Source: an uncultured Verrucomicrobiota bacterium
GTDB taxonomy: Bacteria; Verrucomicrobiota; Verrucomicrobiia; Verrucomicrobiales; Verrucomicrobiaceae
Assembly (NCBI GenBank): GCA_903848465.1
Contig: CAINGK010000128.1
Span: forward strand, 6,270-70,269
Length of the DNA stretch: 64,000 nucleotides
Direction: 5' to 3'
Part shown: one piece after another, positions 17,950 through 26,936 of the stretch
Layout of the letters: every line of letters begins with the position of its first letter
Numbering within the stretch: position 1 is the first letter of the stretch
Notes under the pieces: generated by a model
Database searches by the model: none
Seen by the model: only the letters and a program-made list of their open reading frames with translations
Told to the model about the DNA's origin: nothing
Made by a program: the position numbers and the translations under genes

Positions 17950-18705
17950 CTATTCTTTCTTGGCAGGCAGATGCTTTGCGAGATCGCGCATGGCGATGAC
18001 CTTGCAACCTTCGTCCTTGAGGTGCTGCATGTAGGTCTCAAATTTGGCCGGGTCAGTGTTCACATGCGGGTGCTTGATGTCTGGCACACCGTGGAAAGTC
18101 ATCACGGCGATCTTGCCATCCTTTGCCTGAGCCACGGCAGCCTTGAACTGCTCCAGAGTGCTGGCCGGCTTGCCATCAAAGGCCTGCGGCAGAGTGAGTG
18201 GATCATCCATGGCCGGGTCGTAGGCTCTGGCACCGCCAGCGCGGGCAAACTGGTAGCCGCGCTCGCGCAGGAGCTTCACTGCGGCCTCGCTGGTCTGATA
18301 GCCGGGATAGCAAAAGCTCACTGGCTTGGGGATGCCGTATTTCGCGCACTGCTGCTCGATGAACTCCACATCCTCCGCGAGTTGCTCGGGCTTTTGTTTG
18401 GCCACGCCTGCGTGTTTGCGGGTATGATTGCCGATTTCTAAGCCGTCTGCGTCGAGGGCTTTGATCTGCTCCCAGGTCATGTAGTGCTCCTTGTCCACGA
18501 GGAACTCGAAGCCTTCGGTGATGAAGAAGGTCGCGCCGAAGCCATGCTTTTTCAGCAGCGGTGCCACGAAGGTGGCGTGGCTGGCCACGGAGTCATCAAA
18601 GGTGAGGACCACGAGACGCTCTGGGGCTGGTTCGACGGCGAGCGAGCGCCATGCCAAGGTGACGGTGAGAAGGAGTGCAACGATGGCAATGTGGACAGGC
18701 TTCAT
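17950..18705 (-). CDS. polysaccharide deacetylase (CE4 / NodB family)
   Basis: Signal peptide present. LTFDDS (motif 1). GNHTRKH (motif 2-like). Typical spacing. Confidence 0.75.
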   Translation of the reverse strand: MKPVHIAIVALLLTVTLAWRSLAVEPAPERLVVLTFDDSVASHATFVAPLLKKHGFGATFFITEGFEFLVDKEHYMTWEQIKALDADGLEIGNHTRKHAGVAKQKPEQLAEDVEFIEQQCAKYGIPKPVSFCYPGYQTSEAAVKLLRERGYQFARAGGARAYDPAMDDPLTLPQAFDGKPASTLEQFKAAVAQAKDGKIAVMTFHGVPDIKHPHVNTDPAKFETYMQHLKDEGCKVIAMRDLAKHLPAKKE

Positions 18706-18711
18706 GGGGGA

Positions 18712-19482
18712 TTATTTCACTTTCCAAATCTTCACGTCGTCGATCCACACGGTGTTTGGCACCAGGAAGCTGAACCAGCGCTTCATTGGATGGGCATAAC
18801 CTTCCGAGTGATGACTGGCCACCACTTTGCTGTCGAGGCTGAGGCGCATTTCGTCACCTTCGTTGACGAGAACCAGATCATGCCATTCAGTGTCGGCTTT
18901 CCAGGGGACGACGACCTTCTTGGAGTTGATCAGGGCTTCGAAATCAGCGGGCGGCTTTTCTTTGCGGGTCAGGTAATCTTCCCGCCGCTTGCGATTCTCC
19001 AGATTCATGATGCCGGTTTTGTGATCGATCAGCGTGATGCTGCTCTGGCTGAGAATCCCATAGCAGAGATGCCCGGCATGGACGCCTTTCGTCTCACGGT
19101 CCACAAAGCCAAGCTGCAGCGATTCACCCTGCGAGAGGCCAGGGAAGCGGAAGCGTACTATGACTCCGCCATCGGTGAATCCCGCCTCGTGATGAATGTG
19201 CGCAGCATGACCTGCCTCTTTAGTGGCGCTGGCAATTTTCAAGATGCCGTCATCGAGGTTTGCCATCTTGATCTGCGGCACACGACCCGCCGTGGCGCTG
19301 TTCCAGCCATTGCCGATGGCTTTGGCGAGATTGCCATCTTCCTCACGCTCGAAGGCGTCATGGAAGATCATCTGCCCTTTGTCGCGCAGCCACGCGGCAT
19401 CATCTCGCAGCGGGGGAGTATCAGTGGCTTGAACTACAGCCAGCGGAGCCAGCAGCAGTGTGGTGAAAAGGAATGACTTCAT
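18712..19482 (-). CDS. hypothetical secreted protein, possibly a concanavalin/LamG-like beta-sandwich
   Basis: Signal peptide MKSFLFTTLLLAPLAVVQA. Beta-rich sequence ending WIDDVKIWKVK. No catalytic motif recognised. Confidence 0.45.
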   Translation of the reverse strand: MKSFLFTTLLLAPLAVVQATDTPPLRDDAAWLRDKGQMIFHDAFEREEDGNLAKAIGNGWNSATAGRVPQIKMANLDDGILKIASATKEAGHAAHIHHEAGFTDGGVIVRFRFPGLSQGESLQLGFVDRETKGVHAGHLCYGILSQSSITLIDHKTGIMNLENRKRREDYLTRKEKPPADFEALINSKKVVVPWKADTEWHDLVLVNEGDEMRLSLDSKVVASHHSEGYAHPMKRWFSFLVPNTVWIDDVKIWKVK

Positions 19483-19484
19483 GC

Positions 19485-20363
19485 CTACTTGGGAGCACTC
19501 ACACCTTTGGCCTTGTCGGCGGCTTCCTTGGCTTTCTTTTCGGCGGCAGCTTTGGCTTTGGCCTCAGCGGCCTTCTGTGCCGCCGCAATGCCAGCGGCTT
19601 CGAGCGGCGGCCAGGAGGCTTTGGCTTTGTCGAGTTCGGCCGCATTGAGACCGAGAGCCTGCAGCACGCCAATGGCCATGAGCTTGTTGCCTTCGACATT
19701 CATGTGGACACCATCGCTGGTGAGCACTTTCTCGTTCGGCTTGTTCTCGGCCTTGATGCGCTCCTGAAACATCGCGTTCAGATCTGCGAGCGGGATTTTC
19801 TTTTCTTTGGCGAGTTCACGGAGGAAGGCGTTGTAGGGAGCGATCAGGCCGTTCTCTTTGCTGTCGAGTTTTTCATGAATCACGGTGGCAGTCAGCATCA
19901 CTGGCTTCACGCCTGCGGCCTGCGCCTGGTCAATGATCGCGGTGATGTTCTTTTTGTAGGTGCCACGGGTGGCCACTTTGTCATCGTAAGTGCCGCTCTT
20001 CGCCATGGCATCATCGAGGGGCACGCCACGCGGGCCGTGCCAGACATCGTTCACACCGCAGCTCAGCGTCATCCATTGCGGCTTTTTGCTCAGCACGTCT
20101 TTGTCCAGGCGTGCGAGCATCTGATCGGATTTATGCCCACCGATACCTGCGGGCACAGGCTCAGCTTTGATGCCATTGGCTTCCAAACCGGCGATCACGA
20201 GCCGCACATAACCTGCGGGATTGCCCCAGCCGCCTGCGGTGATGGAATCACCAAGGAAGGCGATCTTCTCACCGCTTTTCACGGCGATTTCTGCTTTACT
20301 CAGATTGGGGACAAGAAGAGCTGCGACAAGGACGGGAATAAGACGGGTATGGAAGCGGCGCAT
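19485..20363 (-). CDS. SGNH/GDSL hydrolase with Ala/Lys-rich C-terminal tail
   Basis: Block I FLGDSITAGG. Block III-like CGVNDV. Signal peptide starts at the internal ATG (MRRFHTRLIPVLVAALLVP). Tail AAQKAAEAKAKAAAEKKAKEAADKAKG. Confidence 0.75.
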   Translation of the reverse strand: MRRFHTRLIPVLVAALLVPNLSKAEIAVKSGEKIAFLGDSITAGGWGNPAGYVRLVIAGLEANGIKAEPVPAGIGGHKSDQMLARLDKDVLSKKPQWMTLSCGVNDVWHGPRGVPLDDAMAKSGTYDDKVATRGTYKKNITAIIDQAQAAGVKPVMLTATVIHEKLDSKENGLIAPYNAFLRELAKEKKIPLADLNAMFQERIKAENKPNEKVLTSDGVHMNVEGNKLMAIGVLQALGLNAAELDKAKASWPPLEAAGIAAAQKAAEAKAKAAAEKKAKEAADKAKGVSAPK

Positions 20364-20457
20364 GGTGGTTGAGTGTGGGATTGGATACAGCATGCAAACG
20401 CAGCGCGTTCAGCATCCTTTCTCTCTGCTTCACTCAACGTTCAGAATGCGACGCCCA

Positions 20458-22605
20458 TCAGGGCTTGAAGACAGCGATTTCCTTCGCTGTGGCGACATCC
20501 CATTCACGCAGGTTGCCGTCTTGATCACCGCCGAGAACAAGATCGCCAGATTTGGTGGTGGCGAGAGATTGTAGGAAGGCAGTGGCACCGGCGAGTTGTT
20601 TCACTTCTCCGCCGTCGCTGGTGATGAGACGAAGTTTGTTGTCTCCAGCGCTGGTGGCGATCTGATCGGCGGCACCAAGGTAGTGGATGCCAGTGACTTC
20701 TTTGTCCCAGCCATCGACGCTCTTGCGGCGGTCGCCGGTGGTCCAGTCCCAAACTTTGACGACGTTGTCGGCACCGCTGCTGGCCAGGAGGCGGCCATCG
20801 GCACGCCATGAAACACCGAGCACGTGGTGCGTGTGACCTTCAAAGACCTTCACGACTTTGCCGGTGCTCAGGTCGGTGATGCGCACCGCTTTGTCTGCAC
20901 CGCCGGAAGCGAGGAGCTTGCCATCCGGCGAGAAGTCGAGCGCGAAGATGCTGTCGAGGTGGCGTTCAGCATAGTCCTTGGTCAGTTTGCCCGTCGCCAT
21001 GTCCCACAGGGTGATGTCGCCACTACGGGAAGGCTCGCCGCTGCCAATGGCGAGTGTTTTACCGTCGGGGCTGAAGGCGATGCTGTTGGCGCGGTCGGTG
21101 ATCTGGGATTTGCCATCGCCGGTGCCAAAGGTGCGCTCGAGGGTCCACGTCGCACTCGAGCTGCCTGGAGCGATGGGTTTTCCATTCGTGGTGCTCCAGG
21201 CGAGGGGCGGGCCGCTGTCCTGTTCGGCGATGAGTTCGAGGCCGTTCGCAGAGAACTGAAGTGACTTGGCTTTCTTGAGACCCGTGGTGAGCGTTTTGGC
21301 AATCAGATCACGATCTGCGTTCGCTTTCTCCACTTCCTTCTTCACCACTTCGAGGCGGGCTTTGGCATCAACGACCGTTTGCTTGGCCTTCTTTTCATTC
21401 TCGGTGACGAGCTTGATTTCATTCGCTGTGTCGGTGATGGCGGCTTCGGCACGGGTGAAAGCTTCCTGCGCGAGCTTAAGATCTGCTGTTGCTTTGGTGG
21501 CCTTTTCCTGCGCTTCGGTGTTCTTCTTTTTCAAAGCTTCATCCGGCTTGTCTTGTGGCACCTTGGCGAGTTGATCGGCGACTTCCTTCGCTGCTTTCTC
21601 GACTGCGACTTTGGCATCTTCCTTGGGCTTGATGTCCTTCTTCTTGTCTTCGAGCGCTTTTTTGGCCACGTCGGCGAGTTCATTGGCTTTCTTCAAACGA
21701 TTGGTCTGCTCGGTGGCGTCAGTCTCGGCTTTTTTGATGGCTTCATTCTGATAGGTCACTTCCAATGCAGCACGCACCGCGGTGAGGCTGTGCTGCGCTA
21801 GGGCCTGCTCGGCGGCGAGGTCAGATTTGATGTGGGCGATGAGTTTGCCACCGGCGGTTTCGGTCAGCTTGATGGAGTTGTCCGCTTCTTGCGTTGCGGT
21901 GAATTTGGCGGAAGGGGCGAAGGCGGCAGCTGCGGGGGCGCTGCGTTTCCACAGCTTCACCTCACGAAAGCTGCCGGTGGCAAGGCGTGTGCCGTCCGGG
22001 CTGAATGCGAGAGATTGAACGAGATCGCGATGGGCGACACCGGGCTGCTTGTAGAGGCCGGTTTTGAGCAGGGTTTCATCCGTGAGCTTGGTAACGAGAC
22101 TCTGCGTGGGCAGATGGTAGATACTGATCTGGTTTGCACGAGCCGCGGCAGCAAAGTCGCCCTGGGGGGCGACGGCGATGGCATAAATGGACTGCAAGCC
22201 AGCAGGCAGCGGCTCCCATGCGATGATCTGGACTTTTTTGGGCGAAGCTTTCGCGCCTTGATCGATCCACGCTTTGAAGAGTGAGAGCTGTTCGGCAGAA
22301 AGATTCACCGCGCCGACCTTGTTGCCCTTCGGCGGCATCTCGGAGTCCCAGGTGTGCGCTGCGGCCTGATACATGACGCTGTCCGCGCCTTTGCCGGGAA
22401 TGATGCCTTTGTCGCTCTCGCCGCCCTTGGCCATGAGCTCCGGCGTCTCCATGTTGAGGCCGCCCTTGGTGGTGGTCTTGTTATGGCAGGCGATGCAGTT
22501 GTCCTTCAGGAACGGACGAACTTGTTTGTCGTAGTCGATGGGCGCGGGAGCCGCCGCAATGACGAATGACGAATGCAGAATGACGAATGGGATGATGAAT
22601 CTCAT
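20458..22605 (-). CDS. PSCyt1 (planctomycete cytochrome c) domain + WD40 repeat protein with ~180-aa coiled-coil insert
   Basis: Heme motif CIACH at 22483-22497. WD-type repeats such as LAFSPDGTRLATGS, IAFSPDGKTLAIGS, LDFSPDGKLLASGG and VSWRADGRLLASSG. Lys/Glu/Ala-rich segment at ~21286-21822. Confidence 0.8.
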   Translation of the reverse strand: MRFIIPFVILHSSFVIAAAPAPIDYDKQVRPFLKDNCIACHNKTTTKGGLNMETPELMAKGGESDKGIIPGKGADSVMYQAAAHTWDSEMPPKGNKVGAVNLSAEQLSLFKAWIDQGAKASPKKVQIIAWEPLPAGLQSIYAIAVAPQGDFAAAARANQISIYHLPTQSLVTKLTDETLLKTGLYKQPGVAHRDLVQSLAFSPDGTRLATGSFREVKLWKRSAPAAAAFAPSAKFTATQEADNSIKLTETAGGKLIAHIKSDLAAEQALAQHSLTAVRAALEVTYQNEAIKKAETDATEQTNRLKKANELADVAKKALEDKKKDIKPKEDAKVAVEKAAKEVADQLAKVPQDKPDEALKKKNTEAQEKATKATADLKLAQEAFTRAEAAITDTANEIKLVTENEKKAKQTVVDAKARLEVVKKEVEKANADRDLIAKTLTTGLKKAKSLQFSANGLELIAEQDSGPPLAWSTTNGKPIAPGSSSATWTLERTFGTGDGKSQITDRANSIAFSPDGKTLAIGSGEPSRSGDITLWDMATGKLTKDYAERHLDSIFALDFSPDGKLLASGGADKAVRITDLSTGKVVKVFEGHTHHVLGVSWRADGRLLASSGADNVVKVWDWTTGDRRKSVDGWDKEVTGIHYLGAADQIATSAGDNKLRLITSDGGEVKQLAGATAFLQSLATTKSGDLVLGGDQDGNLREWDVATAKEIAVFKP
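22558..22600. repeat. heptanucleotide-periodic tract (AATGACG-type units) encoding the signal peptide of the WD40 gene
   Basis: aatgacg aatgacg aatgcag aatgacg aatggga tgatgaa. It shares the 14-mer CAGAATGACGAATG with the repeat at 11034-11063 (opposite orientation). Confidence 0.6.
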
Positions 22606-24647
22606 TTTTTGACGGGCTCTTTCACGCGGATGCGGATGGGATTGGAATAGACAATGAAGGTGGCGTCTTTGGCAGCGGCCTTCGCGGCGAGATCTTTGAC
22701 GAGCTTGTCTGCGGCGGCTTTGGTGGTGTCCGAGGTCTTGAGCGCGGCGGTGGCGACTTTGACGAGTTCGGCTTTTTGCGGCGTGGCGTCGGCATTGGCG
22801 GTGTCGAGCTGCTTTTTGGCAACTGTTTGAGCGTCGGCGGCTTTTTTGGCATCGGCTTCGGCAACGTTGAGTTCTTCGACCCCACGGCGGAATTTCATCT
22901 TCGCGGGGCCTTGGAGGATGAAGCCGTAATCTCCGGGAGAGAGTTTGAGTGCTTTCACATCGAGGGTGAATTTGCCTGCGGCGGCTTTGGCGGGGATGTC
23001 GGCTTCAGGAGCTTTGGCGGCGTCGATGAGGCCGAGGGCTTTGAGCTTGAGAGACTCGGTGAAGTCGGCATGGCGGGTGACTTTGAGGGCGATTTCGAGC
23101 TTTGCGTCTGGGGCGACTTCGAGGATGTCCGTTTTCTCGGTTTGCACAGACGCAGGAGCGGGCTGGGTGCTGACACCGAGCGCGGGTGCGCCGGTGGTGC
23201 GATAGAGGAGATTGTCCTTGGTAGCGTCAGCCACGCCAAAACTCGTGAAGCGGCTCTGTGGAATCCCGCTGAGGATGCTGGCTCCGGCAGGGGCATCGGC
23301 GCTCGCTTGAAACGCGATATAGCCCAGCGACTGGCCTTTACCGATGAAGCCGCCGAGGCAGGTGACGCCGGCGGGAAGCTTGTCGGCTTTGAGTTCAATG
23401 GCTTCGCTCAGGGCGTTGCGATTGGGGGCGATGATTTCGAGCGCGGCGATGCCTCCGCGCGGGACATTGGCGCTACCGAGTTCGCCACCTTTGGTCTTGG
23501 CACCGGGCAGGATAGCATTAAGGGCGATGAGAGGCGCAGGCTTCGATTCTTCTTTGAGGATGCGCAGTTCAAACGGAAGTGTGCTGTTGAAGTTGTCGCT
23601 GAGGGTGAGGCGGAACGTGCCGTCGGCCTTGGCCTCATAGGCATAGGAGGGATCGCGACTGAGAAGATTGATGCTGGGTGCAGGGGTAATGGCAGGTGCA
23701 TCAGCGACCTCCGCCTGCGGCTTGAGCGTCTCTTTGCCTGCCGCGTCCTTGGTAAGGCTCTCAATCACCAGATTGGGATCGGTGGCATGACCCAACTGGT
23801 GGGAATGCACTTCGATGATGAATTTTTCACCCGTCTTGTAGGCGAGATCGAAGGTGTGAGTGAGACCGTGCGGCAGAAAGGCGTCCTTGATGGTCTGACC
23901 AATCTGGATAGGCCGCACCGCTCCCGGCTTAGCAGACACTGGTGCCGGTGGTGCGGAGGACGAGAGAGTGATGCGGTAGCCGTAGTCATCTCCCGCGCGA
24001 TACATGAGTTCATTGAAACGCAGCCGGTAGCTGGCGTCGGCTGGAGCCGTGAAGGTGAGCACACCCCCGCGCATGTGGGCAAGTTCACGCCCAGTAGGAG
24101 CGCTGAGCACACCGAGCAGCTCGGTGCGGGTGTCAAAGCGGCGGCCATCGAAGGTGGCGGTGAGGTGCTGTCCCTGTTTCAGGTCAATGGTGAACCAATG
24201 CGGTGAACTGGATTTGAAGCAGCCCTGAATGACGGCATTAAGCCCGACTTTGAGGGCTTTGTCGGGTTTGGTGTTTGCCCCAGTGGATTCGATAGCGTCG
24301 AGTGTGCTGACTTCAAAAACCCGAGGATTGGAGACGCCGTAGCGGCCGACGAAACGGCAATCGTAGAGGGCAGGCTTCAGGTCTGCGGGCAGCGTGACGC
24401 TGAAGAGGTTTGGCTTGTTGCTTTTGACTGGGATGGCGCGCTCGTTGAGTAGAACCGATTGCGGGCCTTCGAGATCCGTACCGCGCAGGGTGAGTTCGAT
24501 GGTGGCACCGGGCTTGCCCCCGAGAGGAGAAATAGAAGTCAGGGTTGGAGACGGAAAGGTGGCCTGTGAGAACGCTGGGGCAGAGAACGCCAGCAGGACT
24601 GAAAATTGTAAACTGAGAACTGAGAACTGAAAATTGGAGCGAGGCAT
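22602..24647 (-). CDS. secreted IPT/TIG-like + two PPC (pre-peptidase C-terminal)-like domains, Ala/Lys-rich C-terminal segment
   Basis: Signal peptide present. ISPLGGKPGATIELTLRGTDL is IPT-like. PHWFTIDLKQGQHLTATFDG...YRLRF and HTFDLAYKTGEKFIIEVHS...FRLTL are PPC-like. ATGA overlap with the downstream gene at 22602-22605. Confidence 0.55.
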   Translation of the reverse strand: MPRSNFQFSVLSLQFSVLLAFSAPAFSQATFPSPTLTSISPLGGKPGATIELTLRGTDLEGPQSVLLNERAIPVKSNKPNLFSVTLPADLKPALYDCRFVGRYGVSNPRVFEVSTLDAIESTGANTKPDKALKVGLNAVIQGCFKSSSPHWFTIDLKQGQHLTATFDGRRFDTRTELLGVLSAPTGRELAHMRGGVLTFTAPADASYRLRFNELMYRAGDDYGYRITLSSSAPPAPVSAKPGAVRPIQIGQTIKDAFLPHGLTHTFDLAYKTGEKFIIEVHSHQLGHATDPNLVIESLTKDAAGKETLKPQAEVADAPAITPAPSINLLSRDPSYAYEAKADGTFRLTLSDNFNSTLPFELRILKEESKPAPLIALNAILPGAKTKGGELGSANVPRGGIAALEIIAPNRNALSEAIELKADKLPAGVTCLGGFIGKGQSLGYIAFQASADAPAGASILSGIPQSRFTSFGVADATKDNLLYRTTGAPALGVSTQPAPASVQTEKTDILEVAPDAKLEIALKVTRHADFTESLKLKALGLIDAAKAPEADIPAKAAAGKFTLDVKALKLSPGDYGFILQGPAKMKFRRGVEELNVAEADAKKAADAQTVAKKQLDTANADATPQKAELVKVATAALKTSDTTKAAADKLVKDLAAKAAAKDATFIVYSNPIRIRVKEPVKK
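24611..24631. repeat. three tandem heptamers AACTGAG AACTGAG AACTGAA inside a signal-peptide coding region
   Basis: Read directly from the sequence. On the coding (minus) strand it yields the peptide repeat QFSVLSLQFSVL. Confidence 0.7.
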
Positions 24648-24658
24648 GGCACGAGCGC

Positions 24659-26857
24659 TTAGTGATTGAAGAGAAACTCTTTCGTGTTCAGCAGCGCCCA
24701 GAGGATGTCCTCATAAGCCTCTTTTTTGCCTTTGAAGGCTTCATCGCCCGTCTTGCCTGCGGTCTTCTTGTCGAGGTGGGTGTGGGCGAATTTGACTTCG
24801 TTGGCGTTGGGGTCGCGGCTGAGGGCGATGTGGTAAAGGTCGGCGATTTTATCGTCGTCAGGACGTGTGTCCTTGGTGAGCGTGTCGGCACGACCGTTGC
24901 CACGGGAAAGCTGGGTCTGGATTTCGGCGGCGTTCAGCAGATGCAGACTCTGTGCGAGGCTGGCCTCCTGGGTGCGCTCGCACTCGCAGGCGCTGGAGGA
25001 GTCAGGGCGACCGAAGACGCTGAGGAAGTAGGTGCTCTGGTTGTAGCTGTTGTCCGGCAGGGCGACGGCACGGGTGCCGGGAGCCTGACCGGCGAAGTTG
25101 GTTTCGACATCGAGCAGCGTGTTGACGGAGTCGTAGAGGACTTCGGCATTGAGGCGCTTTGGATAGTAGCGGCTGAAGTTCTGGCGGTCCTTCGCGTTGT
25201 AGGTGTTTGGAACGGCGCTGAGCTGGTAGGTGGTGGAATTGGTGATGGTGCGGATGAGTTTTTTCAGATCGTAGCCGTTCTTCACGAAGTCGGCGGCGAG
25301 GGCGCTGAGCAACTCGGGATTCACCGGAGGATTGGTCTCGCGCATGTCGTCCTCGGGTTCAACGAGGCCGCGATTGAAGAAGTGCTTCCAGTAGCGATTC
25401 ACCAGCGTGTGGGCAAAGAACGCGTTGTCCTTCTGGCTCATCCATTCGGCGAGCGACTGACGTGGATCCTGCTCGGGCTTCAGCTTCAAGGCCTGACCTC
25501 CGAGGCTGGTGGGAGTCACGGCCGCCTTGGTGCGAATGTTGGTGGTCTGGGCCACGCCGCGTTTGTTGAAGATCATTTCTTCACCGGCAAAGGTCGAGGG
25601 CTTGCGGCTGACGTTGCTGAAGAAGGCGGCGAAGCCGTAGTAGTCCTGCTGGCTCCACTTCTCAAAGGGATGATGATGGCACTGCGCACACTGCATGCGC
25701 GTGCCAAGGAAGAGCTGGGCGACGTCCTCCATCTGCTGCTTCATCTCTTTGACCTGACGATACCAGGCGACGGGGGGATTTTGATCGAGATCACCGGAGG
25801 CGGAGACGACTTCGCGCACGAACTGATCGTAAGGTTTGTTGTCCGCGATGCTGTCGCGAATCCACGAGTAGAATAGATAACTGCCGCGTGCGAAGTTGGG
25901 CTGCGTGCGCTGGTTACGCAGGAGGGCGCTCCACTTGTTGGCGAAGTATTCGGCGTAGTCCGGGCTGTCGAGCAAGCGGTCGATGAGGGCGCTGCGTTTT
26001 GCCGCGTCTGGGGAGGCCATGAAGTCCTTCATTTCTGCTGCGGTGGGCAGGCGGCCGGTGATGTCGAGGGTGACGCGGCGGATGAAGGTGCCGTCGTCAG
26101 CGATGTCGGACGGCGGCATGCCGATGGTCTTCAATTTTGCGAAGACGAGATCGTCCACAAAACCACGCGAGGCAGGCAGTTTGTCCACTGGAGCACCGAG
26201 CGGCACAGTGGCGCGGAAGGTGGACACCTTGCCCTGATAACGGACCATCACGGCGACATCGCCGGGGAGATCAAAGAGCTGCACGCGGCCGGTTTCGCTG
26301 GTTTCGGCCATGGCTTTTTCGTTGGCTTCATACAGTGCGCGCTTGGTGACATCGCGAGTGCTGCCGTCGGTGTAGTGGGCAGTGACCTTGAGCTGCTGCG
26401 CGGCTTTGAGCGGCATGGTGAGCTTTGCGGGCTCGACACTGATGCTTGCCATCTTGGGATCGCTGTCCTTGCCATAGGGCATGCCCTCGCGAATCCAGCG
26501 AGCCAGGTCAGCGTAGTCCTCGGAGTTTGGATCGAGCTTCTTGCCGCCGCCATGCGGGAGCTGGGCGGTGCCTTTGGTGAGCAGCAGGCTCTGCTCCGCT
26601 GATGCCGGAAAGACGCGGCGTCCACGGGCTTCCTTCACAATATGCTCATAGTCTTCCTGCGGCTCAAAACCGAGCAGTGAAAGCTTGAAACCGTTTTGTC
26701 CGCCCGATTTGCCATGGCAACCGCCGGAGTTGCAACTGCCCTTCGTGAGGATAGGCACGATGTCGTTGGCAAAGTTCAAAGGACGCAATGCCTCCGCCGC
26801 GAAACAAGGTGCGGCGGCATACAAGGCAGCGATGAGTGTGGCGCGTTTCAGATTCAT
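24659..26857 (-). CDS. DUF1549 (PSCyt2) + Big_2 + DUF1553 (PSD1) protein
   Basis: CNSGGCHG..GQNGFKLSLLGF and CAQCHHHPFEKWSQQDYYGFAAFF (DUF1549). Ig-like VTAHYTDGSTRDVT. C-terminal CECERTQEASLAQSLHLLN (DUF1553). Confidence 0.85.
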   Translation of the reverse strand: MNLKRATLIAALYAAAPCFAAEALRPLNFANDIVPILTKGSCNSGGCHGKSGGQNGFKLSLLGFEPQEDYEHIVKEARGRRVFPASAEQSLLLTKGTAQLPHGGGKKLDPNSEDYADLARWIREGMPYGKDSDPKMASISVEPAKLTMPLKAAQQLKVTAHYTDGSTRDVTKRALYEANEKAMAETSETGRVQLFDLPGDVAVMVRYQGKVSTFRATVPLGAPVDKLPASRGFVDDLVFAKLKTIGMPPSDIADDGTFIRRVTLDITGRLPTAAEMKDFMASPDAAKRSALIDRLLDSPDYAEYFANKWSALLRNQRTQPNFARGSYLFYSWIRDSIADNKPYDQFVREVVSASGDLDQNPPVAWYRQVKEMKQQMEDVAQLFLGTRMQCAQCHHHPFEKWSQQDYYGFAAFFSNVSRKPSTFAGEEMIFNKRGVAQTTNIRTKAAVTPTSLGGQALKLKPEQDPRQSLAEWMSQKDNAFFAHTLVNRYWKHFFNRGLVEPEDDMRETNPPVNPELLSALAADFVKNGYDLKKLIRTITNSTTYQLSAVPNTYNAKDRQNFSRYYPKRLNAEVLYDSVNTLLDVETNFAGQAPGTRAVALPDNSYNQSTYFLSVFGRPDSSSACECERTQEASLAQSLHLLNAAEIQTQLSRGNGRADTLTKDTRPDDDKIADLYHIALSRDPNANEVKFAHTHLDKKTAGKTGDEAFKGKKEAYEDILWALLNTKEFLFNH

Positions 26858-26936
26858 GATGATTAAAACCTACGGGGTGAGAGCTGAAATCTTGTCTTTC
26901 AGATCAAAAGGAGGATGAGTTTCCGGTTTAGACCTC

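Noticed and set aside
22558-22600. Whether the period-7 tracts are a CRISPR array or a minisatellite
   Set aside because: They are far too short (units of 7 nt, no spacers, fewer than 50 nt) and lie inside coding sequence or gene junctions. They are reported as short repeats instead.
22776-25876. Plus-strand ORFs 22776-24206 (476 aa) and 24662-25876 (404 aa)
   Set aside because: They are antisense to the IPT/PPC and DUF1549/1553 genes, which have signal peptides and family motifs. The composition is low-complexity G/A/E/V, as expected for shadow ORFs.
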